Assembly (NCBI RefSeq): GCF_964204645.1
Contig: NC_134035.1
Coordinates: 11,688,451 to 11,752,450, forward strand
DNA: 64,000 bases
From: Tubulanus polymorphus
Lineage: Eukaryota; Animalia; Nemertea
Direction of reading: 5' to 3'
The notes below the pieces were generated by a model that had not been told where the DNA came from, searched no databases, and worked only from the letters and a program-made list of their open reading frames with translations. Positions 23,487 through 36,600 of this stretch are shown here, in pieces; position 1 is the stretch's first letter; every line of letters starts with the position of its first letter. The translations under genes were made by a program, and so were the position numbers.

Positions 23487-24685
23487 GTCTCCTTACATGT
23501 GTGGTATATAATTCTGTACGAATTAAATCGACACAGATATCAATAATCTTACGAAAGGCTATTATTGTTTATCTATTCGTTAGTTAGAATTGAGCCTAAC
23601 TGATAAACATATCAAAAATGGATTTTCAGAAATCTTAGAGAATTCGCACTACGACCATTCGGATCGCCATCGATTCCAAATGGTGTAGGAATTTCTGCAA
23701 TCAGTAAATCATTAACCAGCTGTAATAAGCAATTACAGAAGTTCAAGCGTAAAATCGAATATCATGTATGCTCCATTTATTCAAAAACATTAAACCTAAA
23801 ATTCAAGCTAATATGTTCGAATTGGAAAGGTAATGGCTTGTGGTTGACGTGTATGTATGGCATAGGACCCAGTTTGTGGAATAAATGGCCCATGAACAGA
23901 TTCTTAGCTAACATTTCCCTTTGGTATCATAGTTTTCAGCCAACGATAACGGTCGTTTCCGTATAGTTTGACGTTAAGATTAAAAACCTGAACTTGTGAT
24001 TTCCTTTTCGGCAGATTACAGGTCCTTACAACTATTGCATTTTTGTCACCCTCAATAATTACAGTTATGTCATGTGGTACATATGCCTGGTACGTGTGCC
24101 AAGTAACTTCAATTTTCGTCCAATTAACGGTAGTCCTATCCCCATCATTGGAGAATAGACACCTCAGACCCGAGGGTTAAAATAGCAACCCTCTGCCTGG
24201 CCCAAAATCAATCTAGCATTAATTTGCCACAGGTTTGTCGTAGAAATTGAAGCGCCGTAACCCAGTAGGCAAAATCGAACATAGCGGATCATTGCGGAAT
24301 ATTTCTTTTAATTGGATGATTTTTGCAGAATTCTGGGAGGCGGATCCGTGGTCTAAACAATCGAAAAAAGCCTAACCCTAGTCAACTTTAACCCTAACGC
24401 CAGGCTCATTTACCCTAGCTAGCCCTAGCTGAGCATTATCTCTCACCCCCACCGGCATTTGAACCTGGGCCTCTTACCTACCAGCCTTGTGCCGGCAATA
24501 GATCACGGCGTTCTAATAACTGAAAATGTAAGTTTGCCTGGTCAGTGTGGTGATCTTTGAACTGTGGTGACCAGTCAGATATGGTAACATTATTCACTAA
24601 TCATTTTCGGATTGCAATAGTTTCTCTATGCCAAGAATTTGTTAGGACAGTTCTAAGTTAAACCCAATCTTTTCGAAATCAATAG
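23487..24685. repeat. ~1.2-kb intergenic segment duplicated at 27131-28276
   Basis: Collinear, highly similar sequence over nearly the whole length, e.g. GGAAAGGTAATGGCTTGTGG... and CAGACCCGAGGGTTAAAATAGCAACC. Confidence 0.9.
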
Positions 24686-25636
24686 TTATTTGACAGAATT
24701 TCTACAGCGGATTTTCGTATAGAAATATTCACGAATTTCTCGTCCCAGTAGAAGATATATGTAAAAATTTACCACATAGTTACACATTTGAAACGGTGCA
24801 AATATGTAATAAAGAAATTCTCTCTGTTCCGGTAAGATTGGTAGAAATGTAATTATAGTGGATGGAAGTGTAAATATTGCAAATGCGAGTGAAACCGTTA
24901 CGAGCATTATTGTTGTACGTTTTGATTTTGCAGTTTTCTGATCGGACGAAACTATTTTCGAACCTTTGAATAACTGAAATATTATTACAGCATTTGATGT
25001 TAGAATCACAGATAAAGGCAGCACATAAGTCTGGACAACAAATCCCACAAAATACATCATTTGGTCAAACAATTTATAGAAACATCCAAAAAACTGGTCA
25101 GTAAAATGTATCGACATAGCAGGTGTTAGACAAAGAAAAAGTACATTCATCGCAGTAATCATGAATATAGAAAATCGAGCGAATCTCGGTGTACATATCA
25201 AACGAGATGTGAACGGGAAGAGCACAACTGCCGCACGTTCTAGAGATATTGCTACTATCAACCACGAACTATTGCAGCCTGCAATCGCAAATATAAATTC
25301 ATAGATTTGACAACTGATCAGTGAATCTATCAAGAATATAGGACCATCTTTAAAGTGCAAGAGAAAAAACTGTAAAACAGGCATCAGTGTTAAACAGATA
25401 CAGTACATGGCGTCACCGAAAGACAAAATGATAAGATAGTTAGCGTAAGATAACCTGCGGAATCTGCGACTTAACATTATCAGTAACGTAGCTGAATTTC
25501 CAAACGCTCCAAACAGGAATACGATAGGCAGAATGACCAATGAAACAGTGCGATAGATTCCAGACATGTTCACCACAGACATGAGAGCGATGTAACTGAT
25601 GTACGTTCGACCAATTTTCATTTGAGTTAAATTCAT
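24686..25636 (-). CDS. Intronless class A GPCR, copy 2 (316 aa)
   Basis: Same 7TM motifs: GAFGNS, ISLERAAVVLFPF, KRTTIML, NFYIYLLLG. Confidence 0.92.
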   Translation of the reverse strand: MNLTQMKIGRTYISYIALMSVVNMSGIYRTVSLVILPIVFLFGAFGNSATLLIMLSRRFRRLSYANYLIILSFGDAMYCICLTLMPVLQFFLLHFKDGPIFLIDSLISCQIYEFIFAIAGCNSSWLIVAISLERAAVVLFPFTSRLICTPRFARFSIFMITAMNVLFLCLTPAMSIHFTDQFFGCFYKLFDQMMYFVGFVVQTYVLPLSVILTSNAVIIFQLFKGSKIVSSDQKTAKSKRTTIMLVTVSLAFAIFTLPSTIITFLPILPEQREFLYYIFAPFQMCNYVVNFYIYLLLGREIREYFYTKIRCRNSVK

Positions 25637-25650
25637 GATTCGTGAAGATT

Positions 25651-25835
25651 GAGAGTGTACCGACTGTCTGAGAGTGTACCGACTGTCTGATAGTGTACTA
25701 ACTGTCTGAGAGTGTACTGACTGTCCGAGAGTGTACTGACTGTCCGAGAGTACACCTTCAGTCTGAGAGTATACTAACGGTCTGAGAGTGTACTGACTGT
25801 CTGAGGTACCTACTTTCTGAGAGTGTACTGACTGT
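25651..25835. repeat. 19-bp minisatellite (GAGAGTGTACTGACTGTCT), about 10 degenerate copies, immediately upstream of GPCR copy 2
   Basis: Units start at 25651, 25670 and onward. Confidence 0.9.
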
Positions 25836-26070
25836 GTCAGAATGTTCTGGAACAGACTGTGTTTTCTCGCATATTGGAAAAATTAATTCAATCTAAAAGA
25901 TACAATGTCCTTACTACAATTGATTCATGAGATGCACAGCGAATAGACTGTGTCAGAATGTTCTGGAACAGACTGTGTTTTCTCGCGTATTGGAAAAATT
26001 AATTCAATCTAAAAGATACAATGTCCTTACTACAATTGATTCGTGAGATGCACTGTTCACAGCGAATAGA
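25830..26070. repeat. ~116-bp direct tandem duplication
   Basis: GACTGTGTCAGAATGTTCTGGAACAG... occurs at 25830 and again at 25946. Confidence 0.9.
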
Positions 26071-26123
26071 AAATCAATTCTCAGAAATCTAACACAATAT
26101 ATTTTACTTTTTTTTTTACTAAC

Positions 26124-27130
<1,007 letters not shown>

Positions 27131-28276
27131 GTCTCCTTACATGTGCGGGATATAATTCTATGCGAATTAAATCGACACAGATATCAATAATCTGTGAAAG
27201 GCTATTATTGTTTATTTATTCGTTAGTTAGAATTGAGTCTAACTGATAAAAATTTCAAAAATGAATTTTCAGAAATCTTACAGAATTCGCACTACGACCA
27301 TTCGGATCGCCATCAATTCCAAATGGTGTAGAATTTCTGCAATCAGTAAATCATTGACCAGTTATAATAAGCAATTACAGAAAGTCAAGCGTAAAATCGA
27401 ATATCGTATGCTCCATTTATCCAAAAACATTAAACCTAAAATTCATGCTAATATGTTCGAATTGGAAAGGTAATGGCTTGTGGTAGACGTGTATGTATGG
27501 CATAGGACCCAGTTTGAGGAATAAATGGCCCATGAACAGATTCTTAGCTAACATTTTCCTGTAGTATCATAGTTATCAGCCAACGATAAAGGTCGTTTCC
27601 GTATAGTTTGACGTTAAGATTAAAAACCTGAAGTTGTTATTTCCTTTTCGGCAGATTACAGGTCCAACTATTGCATTTCTGTCACCCTCAACAATTACAG
27701 TTATGTCATGTGGTACATATGCCTGGTACGTGTGCCAAGTAACTTCAATTTTCGTCCAATTAACGGTAGTCCTACCCCCATCATTGGAGAATAGACACCT
27801 CAGACCCGAGGGTTAAAATAGCAACCCTCTGACTGGCCCAAAAACAATGTAGCATTTATTTGCCACAGGTTTTTTCGTAGAAATTGAAGCGCCGTAACCC
27901 AGTAGGCAAAATCGAACATAGCGGATCATTGCGGAATATTTCTTATAATTGGATGATTTTTGCAGAATTCTGGGAGGCGGATCCGTGGTCTAAACAATCG
28001 AAAAAGGCCTAACCCTAGTCAACTTTAACCCTAACGCCAGGCTCATTTACCCTAGCTAGCTGAGCATTATCTCTCACCCCCACCGGCATTAGAACCTGGG
28101 CCTCTTACCTACCAGCCTTGTGCCGTTCTAATAACTGAAAATAAGTTTTTCCGGTCAGTGTAGTTAATTTTGGACAGTGGTGACCAGTCAGCTGTGGTAA
28201 CACTATTCACTAATCATCAACGGATTATAATTTGTTGGGAGTTCTAAGTTAAAGCTAATCTTTTCGAAATAAATGG

Positions 28277-29245
28277 TTATTTGACTAAATTTCTACAGTG
28301 AATTTTCGTACAGAAATATTCACGAATTTCTCGTCCCAGTAAAAGATATATGTAGAAATTTGCGACATAGTTACATAATTGGAACTTAGTGAATACTTCG
28401 TATAGAAATCCTCTGAGTCGTGTAGAGATAGGCAGGAATACAGTAAATGAGTTTGGCATTGTGAAAATAGCAAATGCGAGTGAAACTGTTACAAGCATTA
28501 TCGTTGTACGTTTTGATTTCATAGTTTTCTTATCGGACGAAACCATTTTTGAACCCATGAATAAGCGAAATATTATTACAGAATTTGATGTAATAATCAA
28601 AGTTAGAGGCAGAAGAAAAGCGTGGCCAACCAATATAGCAAAAAGTAAGAACTGATCGGAAAATCTGTAGTAGAAACATCCGAAAAAATGGTCGGAAAAG
28701 TCCATAATTACTACGGGGTGAATACCTATAAACAATGCGTTTATCGTGAAAATGATAACAACGACACATCGAGCGAATCTCGGTGTACATATCAAACGAG
28801 ATGTGAACGGGAAGAGCACAACTGCCGCGCGTTCTAGAGATATAGCTACTATTAACCAGGAACTGCAAGCAGCCATAGAATTCATCAGGGATTCATATAT
28901 TTGACAACAGATCAGTGAATTCATCATCAGTATTGGCCCAGTTTCTACGTGCAATAAAACGAACTGCAGAACGGGCATCAGTGTAAAATTGATGCAAAAT
29001 GTTAAATCACTGACGGACAAAACGATAAGATAGCTAGCGTAAGATAGATTGCGAAATCTGCAGCTTGTCATTATCAGGAATATTGCCGAATTTCCGAAAG
29101 CTCCTAACGTGAACAAGATAAGCAGAATGACCAATGACACGGCGCGGTAGCTCCCAGACTTGGTCGCAACCGAAAACATAACGATGTAACTGTTGTAAGG
29201 TCTCGCAACAATCTGTGTCTCGGTAGAATTAATCATTTCATTCAT
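28277..29245 (-). CDS. Intronless class A GPCR, copy 4 (322 aa)
   Basis: Intact 7TM ORF paralogous to copies 1-3. Confidence 0.92.
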   Translation of the reverse strand: MNEMINSTETQIVARPYNSYIVMFSVATKSGSYRAVSLVILLILFTLGAFGNSAIFLIMTSCRFRNLSYASYLIVLSVSDLTFCINFTLMPVLQFVLLHVETGPILMMNSLICCQIYESLMNSMAACSSWLIVAISLERAAVVLFPFTSRLICTPRFARCVVVIIFTINALFIGIHPVVIMDFSDHFFGCFYYRFSDQFLLFAILVGHAFLLPLTLIITSNSVIIFRLFMGSKMVSSDKKTMKSKRTTIMLVTVSLAFAIFTMPNSFTVFLPISTRLRGFLYEVFTKFQLCNYVANFYIYLLLGREIREYFCTKIHCRNLVK

Positions 29246-32200
29246 GTCTCACTGTGTTGTCTCCTCACGAATGTGGGTTAAAATCTGATGCCCACAGATA
29301 TCAGTTAAGTCTTATTGATGAAAGGCTGTTTATTCATTTGTTGGAATTGACGCTATTAGACGAGTATATTAAAAAATCAATTCACAGAATTCGCTCAGAT
29401 TCTGTACGAAATTGATACCGTGAAAACAATTGTTAACATTCAAAACAGTTAAATAATCAGGGTTTTGTGACCTTGAGCGTTACGGTGTTTTAGCTCATAT
29501 GGCAACCAATGACTGATAACGTGCGCCGCAGTAGCTAAAGGAACATATTTTCCTCTTTGATCCGCATTGTTCTCTACGATACCTATAGTTCTGTTACCTG
29601 TTTGGCCTCTGGCTTAAAACCCCTTTTCAACTTTGTTACGGGTTGGCGCGGCCCGTGTGCTTTTTGGTACCTAATGAAAGATGGCCGTAGTTTCCTTGAA
29701 AGTCAAAATTTGACTTAATCAGGTCTACCAATCAAACGAGATATTATTATAACTAATCGACCAATACATCGTTTGAATTACTAAGGTTTTTGGTGTTAGA
29801 CATTGTAAATGCATTAAACATCTCGATTGCCACAGTTGATTGTCGAATTCTTATTACCCAAGTATTTCATCGCGATTGCTCAATAGATCGGGATGATTTT
29901 GACTTCTTTGCTGATAAAGATATGGATAGTTTTACGGGGAAAAATTGATTTCGATAAAAGATTTTCGAGGTTGCTTTTAGCTCCTTGCGCGGACAATGCG
30001 TCTTAATTAGAAACATTCAAATTTCGAAAGGAATAGAAGAAATTGAAGTAAAGCAGAGGAAATGTTAGATTTGGTAACACGCCATTTCCATCAGTGAAAA
30101 TGATCCACCGGGTATTGTAGGTTATGGATGGGGATAACGGTGAACTTTTAAGCCAACAATGTTATGAGATGAGATGACAATGTTTTCGTATTCCGGTTGA
30201 CGCTTGCAGCAGATCATCTGAGAATTCCGGAGGTTCCTCTCATTGTTCCGACATGACGAGCCAAACAAAAATCAAACGATATTACGAACTGCGTTTATGT
30301 TTTAGGTCTCTTGTGAAAAAATGCACAATGCCGGTACTATCTGTGCCTGATTCGATGAAAGAGGTATTTGTTAGTACGTCTCTGAAGGAACAGTAAAATA
30401 ACAACTTTTTAAAATTGACATCTATTCACGTGTTTAAGGTGTAAAACTTGTAACACAAATCGACGTATGTCATGGGATCGGTTTTAAGGCTGTGAGCTTC
30501 GAATAATATTTATCGATATTCGCCCTTCGTCAGAACCAAAATGACACCGACTGATAATAGCAGGTCTAATGCTGAATTCAAATCGTTTGGAAATTGACCC
30601 GGTGCGATCTAAATAATGCGCTTATAGGCTTATAGAAAAGGAATGAATGGGGACTGGTACTTTGTCTCGAAGATTTACACGAGCCTTCTTCAGAAACGTA
30701 TCGCGTCACGCACCAACTGCTGACCCCGATAATAGCAAAATAAGATCGAATATAACGATGATTCATCGAAATCCTCTTCGACTGGGATAACATTTTATCG
30801 ACGTAAACAAAGAATTATTTTTATTGCTTTTAAAAACGCGGTGCATTTACGCGGTCAACGACTTTAGAAATATGATTTTATCGGCGTCGACTTAAGGTTA
30901 AGTAATCGGATCAGGTTTTTATTACTTGAACGAACAGACAATTTCGCATGTGGCATGTTAAGTCTCAGGGGCAAATTGCATATTCAATGAAAACGGAATT
31001 TTATGATAGGCTACGTATATGCCTCTGGAATTATCTTCGCCGTAGCATATTTAGCCGAGTGACCTTCATGAAACATAGATGTTAAACCGCCTTTTCTAGA
31101 TTTTTTTCTCGGCAAGACCCTCATATCCCCAACTACATTTCGCAATGATGATTCTATTAGAAAAAAGAAGTCACGCGCGCGCGGTGTGACGCGTGCGCCG
31201 ATTGGACATGAACGAAACTACAAACTACAAATACTTTTATTTCGTCTGAGACGTTTTATATTGTTATAAGCTCTTTTTCCAGACGTGCCCATTTTCTAGG
31301 TTCTTTCAATCAATTTCCTGATCAATGAATTTAATTATTTCAAGAATAACCGGTTGTTTTGTTCGTCTGCCTTTAATTTCGAACAGGATTTATCGATTTT
31401 TCCAAAGAATGAAACCATTCGACAGCCAGAGACTCTGTTCTATTTTTTTCAATTTTGAATCTGATCGTAATTAGTAGTTGTTCCCGATGTTATAACATTC
31501 TCACGAAGACCTATAGACCTAGTTCCAGTATTTGAACTTGAATACGAATCAGTTTTCATAGATGTTCTCAGTCGGCAAGAATAACAATATTAATTGAATT
31601 GGCCAAAATCTTGCGCGCGCCGGGTCGCATACGTCATCGGAAGGATCGGAAATAACTATCAACTAAGTAATTTTGCCTATTGCCAAATAAATTATTCTCG
31701 CGTGCAAGAAAACTCGATACACAAAAGGGAAGGAACTTCATAAAACGAACTTTATTACGTTACGCTTACGCTTCGATTGCGATCGCGGAAAATTTGCTGA
31801 TTAATCGCCACTGGCAATAATATGTAAGTAAAAACATTTCTTTTATCGTTTCCAATTGTGATTGGATTTCTTATCTCTGTGATCTATTGATTGTAAATTC
31901 GTAATCTCTGAGGTAATATTTATCAACGATCGCTTAAAAATCACAATTCATTCTTAAAGAAGAGAAGAATTTGACGATAAGATTTGCTTCTATTTCAATT
32001 GAACGGGAGAAACGCGGATTTAGAAGCTCATTTCTTTCATGGCGAATTTGCCACGAATTATTAATTAGAATAGGTTTCAGCATGACGATGTACACATAAG
32101 ACGAATTAACAACCTCTCTAAAAACTTTTCAAAATGATATATCTCCCGGTATAAAGATATTGAATCTCTCTATTTCTGGTGTACTCTCTTCTGGGCGACT

Positions 32201-32547
32201 TTCTGCAATTAGTAAAGGGGCCATACAGTTTTATAGACTGGTATCAACATAATTATGTTCTCCGTAAAGACATCAAAATTGGATAGTTTTTCGGAATAAT
32301 TTCGCAATGAAAAATGTACTGAAGATGTGTGAGATGTTTTCCTGTCGAGTTGTGTAAACTGTGAGTAAAACCCCCAATCTACAGTGTGATTTGTGGAACT
32401 TGAAAAATTATTCGGTTATGTACAGTAGATTTACCACCGCCATTTTGTCCACAGTACAGGACAGTACAATACAGAAACCTCCATATTGATAGGACGGACT
32501 TCTATATACTCCATATCAGGATCGATTCACATTTTACGTGTGCAACC

Positions 32548-33636
32548 ATGAGTAACGACTTCGAGCAGTTCGTCCGCAATGCATTCGACAAGTTACAAAA
32601 ATCTATAGAAAATGTCGAGTCGAAACAAACTGTGTTCGAAACAAAACTCAATATTCTGATCGATAGAACTGATGAGCACAGTACCAAAATCACGGAGCTG
32701 ACCAGTGAAGTCGGCACACACCGTACTGATATTTCGGATCTTAAAACTTCCTCTGAGTTCACCAGCGCAAAACTAGATGATATAGCTGAAGAAAATGCCG
32801 CCCTCACCGCGAAACTTAAAAAAGCCAATACCACGATAGCAAAATGCAAAAGTGAGTTAGCAGCATCAAAATCCGACATGAAAAAAATGGAAAATTTATG
32901 CATGGAATTGCAAATAGAAGTGAATTCCAAAATAAAGCGAGATCCTCTAGACGACCCCGACAACTGTGTGATTATTTCTGGACTCAGAATGGAAGAAAAC
33001 GAGAACTTGAACAATGTATGTACCGAAATGCTCTCCCTGCTTGCAGAACCTGCCCCTAAAATTGTAAAGTGTATTAGACTCAGACAACGAACAACCAAGG
33101 AACCACCACTCGTCAAGTTAGCATTCGAGAACAAAAACATTAAAATCGAAATACTGCGAGCTAAGCGTAAACTGAAAAACAACAGGAAATTCGTAGATGT
33201 ATGGCTCAGAAGCAGCAAATCTCATATAGAGCGCCTTCACGAAATTAACACCCGTAAACTATTACACATGATACCTGGTGGAAAAAACCTAAAAATGGCT
33301 AGCAACGGTCGATTGATCAACAACCAAGAGCCCGATAATAACTACACCGATACTAATCGTTATAACACCAAAGAAGATAATACGAGCAGACAGGTAGAAA
33401 CAGCTAGAAGAAAAGACGACAAAAAACGCGAGAGACCCCCATCCGAAGATATCACGGAAGAAACCCCTACACAACAGCAGCAAAATAATAGCGGACGAGA
33501 GAGGGTGAAACAAGTACCTAAGAAAGCGAAAGCATCGACATCGACCGACAGCGTGATTACTGAAAACACTGGACCCGATAGCATTAGTGCCGCCTTAGAA
33601 AATGCACGGGCAATACTAGAGATGAACGCGGAATAG
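32548..33636 (+). CDS. LINE ORF1 protein (coiled coil + L1-type RRM/CTD-like region + disordered tail)
   Basis: N-terminal heptad-rich region, NCVIISGL, RLRQR...PPLVKLAF...KIEILRAKRKLK...VWL. Located directly upstream of an EN/RT ORF. Confidence 0.85.
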   Translation: MSNDFEQFVRNAFDKLQKSIENVESKQTVFETKLNILIDRTDEHSTKITELTSEVGTHRTDISDLKTSSEFTSAKLDDIAEENAALTAKLKKANTTIAKCKSELAASKSDMKKMENLCMELQIEVNSKIKRDPLDDPDNCVIISGLRMEENENLNNVCTEMLSLLAEPAPKIVKCIRLRQRTTKEPPLVKLAFENKNIKIEILRAKRKLKNNRKFVDVWLRSSKSHIERLHEINTRKLLHMIPGGKNLKMASNGRLINNQEPDNNYTDTNRYNTKEDNTSRQVETARRKDDKKRERPPSEDITEETPTQQQQNNSGRERVKQVPKKAKASTSTDSVITENTGPDSISAALENARAILEMNAE

Positions 33637-33642
33637 GATTGG

Positions 33643-36600
33643 GTGGATACGAAAAGTGGAAACACCCCTAGTATATCACTGTTGAACTTAAATGTTTGCG
33701 GGCTTAAATCGAAAAGTAAATACGATGAATTTATTGATCTTCTACTCTGTAACGATATAGTAATTCTCACCGAGACAAAACTAGACAGTTCAGACGAGTT
33801 TTGGCTGAATGACTTCAGTGAAAAACTTGGATTTTTCCCATATGTGAACAACCGAACAAATCTATCAGTGAGACGGTCAGGTGGAATTGTCATTCTTATA
33901 AAAAAGGTACTGAAAAAATATGTAACCATGGAGAAGAAAACGAGTAAACTAATTCACTGGCTTAAATTTGATAAAAAAATGTTAAATGAAGATAAAGATC
34001 TACTTTTAGGTTCCGTGTATATCCCCCCGGAGAGTAGTACCTACGGAAGAGTCGAATTGTTCGACGATTTAGATTCTGAATTAATATCACTTTATAACTG
34101 TGACAATGATTACCTCTTATTGTGTGGCGATTTCAACGCTCACACTCGCAACCTTTTAGACTATACGCCCATTGATGACAGATATATAGAATATTTAGAC
34201 CTTAGTGAAATTTTTCAAGACGACGTTTCAGCTGTTCGCTCGTTAACTGTAAATGATATGCTACAAAGAACCAATTCCGATAACGGCATCAACAATTATG
34301 GTTACAGATTAGTCGAATTTTGTAAATCACACACTATATTTATATGTAATGGTCGTCTCGGTGAAGATAAAAATGTGGGCAAACACACATGCGTTAAGTC
34401 AGATAATTTTCATGTGGTCGATTACGGCATAGCGAGTTATCCCCTATTTGAAAAAATCGTGCATTTTAAAGTGTTGTGTTTCGACCGAATATTTTCAGAT
34501 GTTCATTGCCCTATCGAAATCAAAATTTCTAGCAAATCAACAATAATAAATGACACCAACGTAGAACCTGTTAATACATCACGGAAGATAAATTGGAACA
34601 AAACTAAAATAGTTGATTACATGGATAAAATCCATAATAGTACGGGCATTGATATTATCCAGCAAGATTTATTAAACCAGGCGGAACCTAACACTTGTAA
34701 CAAACGTCTCTGTGACACGTTAAAGCGAACGGCTCTAGATACAATGGGGGAAAGATTACTAGGTAAACGTACCAACAATGATAAAGCCTCACGTCACCAT
34801 TCACGTAATGTCATAGAAAAGCGCCGGGCATATAGGCGTGCCAAAAGGCACTATAAGAGTACCAAAAATGAACAAACTAAACAATTTCTGAACAACGCAT
34901 ACACTAACTATAAACAATCGGTTAATCGTGAACGAAATGCGCGCACGACAGGAACTAATCACGAAATTAGAATGTTAAAGAAGTCTGATCCTAAAAGTTT
35001 CTGGAAGTTCTTCCGCAAAAAGGCGAATGCACCACAATGTGAAGCAAATTTTGACGACTTGGTGAACCATTTTCATACACTAAATAGAAAACCCAACTAT
35101 GATAATACTGAACCCCCAGAGGGACATTTCGATTTCGATTTTGCAACGTTGAATTTTGATGCCCTTAATAGAGACCTAACTGAAGAAGAGGTTATAAATG
35201 CAATCAAAAAACTAAAAAATAACAAGTCACCCGGACCCGATGAGATAATCAACGAAATGCTTAAATCAGTTGCAAATAATTTATCACCTGTTCTCACTAC
35301 CTTATTTAATCGTATCTTGGACTCAGGAATTTACCCACACGACTGGGGACTATCAACAATAATTCCACTTTTTAAAAACAAAGGGGATCCTAATTGCCCA
35401 GATAACTACCGGGGCATTTCACTAACGAGCTGTCTAGGCAAACTATTTACTAGTCTGGTTAACAGTCGATTATCTGAATTTCTAGAGTGCAACCAGTTGT
35501 TAAATCTTATACAAGCCGGCTTCCGTAAGAAACATGGGGTTACTGACCATATATTTACACTGAAATCAGTTGTTGACTTGTTTTTGGGTAAAAATCGCAA
35601 ATTATACTGTGCATTTATTGATTATGAAAAAGCGTTCGATAAAATCTGGAGAAAAGCACTTTGGAAAAAATTAGATAACCACGGAATCACAGGTAAATTT
35701 TACAATATCGTAATAAATATGTATAAGTCCGTCAAATGTTGTGTTTCGACTAACGGAAGGAATTCCGAGTTTTTTCATAGTCATATTGGTCTCAAGCAGG
35801 GAGATAATCTATCCCCACTACTTTTTAGTCTATATGTAAACGACCTTGAAAACTTTCTATTGAGTAAAGGCTGTCAAAGTGTATGTATTGATAATAATGA
35901 TGAGGTAAATTTCTGGTTGAGACTTTTAGTGCTTTTATATGCAGACGATACCCTTATTTTATCTGACTCGATGGAAGGCCTACAATTAGCACTTGATTCT
36001 TTGTCTGAATATTGTGACCTATGGAAATTGAAAATCAACCCAGCAAAGACTAAAATACTAATATTCCAAAAAAGGAAAACAAGATTAAAACCAACTTTTT
36101 TTATACACCAACATGAAGTCGAAGTTGTTGACGAATTTGTCTACTTAGGAATATTATTTAATTACACTGGTACATTTGCAAAATGTCGAAAGAAAATTGG
36201 GGAAAGTGCAAATAAAGCTCTATTTTTTGTCTTGAAAAAGGTCCAACAGTACTCTTTAGATACAGACGTAGGTTTAGAACTTTTTGATGCTATGGTCGAA
36301 CCAATCCTTACGTATGCATGTGAAATATGGGGTTACGAATCAACTGCTATTTTAGAGAAATACCACCTGCGTTTTTGTAAATATTTACTACATCTAAACC
36401 GGTCTACCCCAAATTATATGGTCTATGGTGAATTAGGTAGAACCCCGCTTGCGATAATCATCAAGAGTAAAATGGTTAAGTTCTGGGCAAAGCTTTTATG
36501 GAATGATGTATCGACATTATCGGGTCAAATGTATAAAATGCTTTTTAATATGCACTTGCTCCATGGAAAAACAACCAAGTGGTTAAGTTATATAAAATGC

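Noticed and set aside
24370-24430. Interstitial telomeric repeat (CCTAACCCTA)
   Set aside because: Only two or three degenerate units inside a dispersed repeat.
31170-31830. CpG-rich promoter-like motifs and a GTAAGT donor suggesting an extra gene
   Set aside because: No associated coding exon could be identified, so it cannot be supported without transcript data.
32502-33929. Antisense ORFs of 238 and 189 aa over LINE ORF1
   Set aside because: Shadow frames of a codon-biased sense ORF, with no recognisable motifs.
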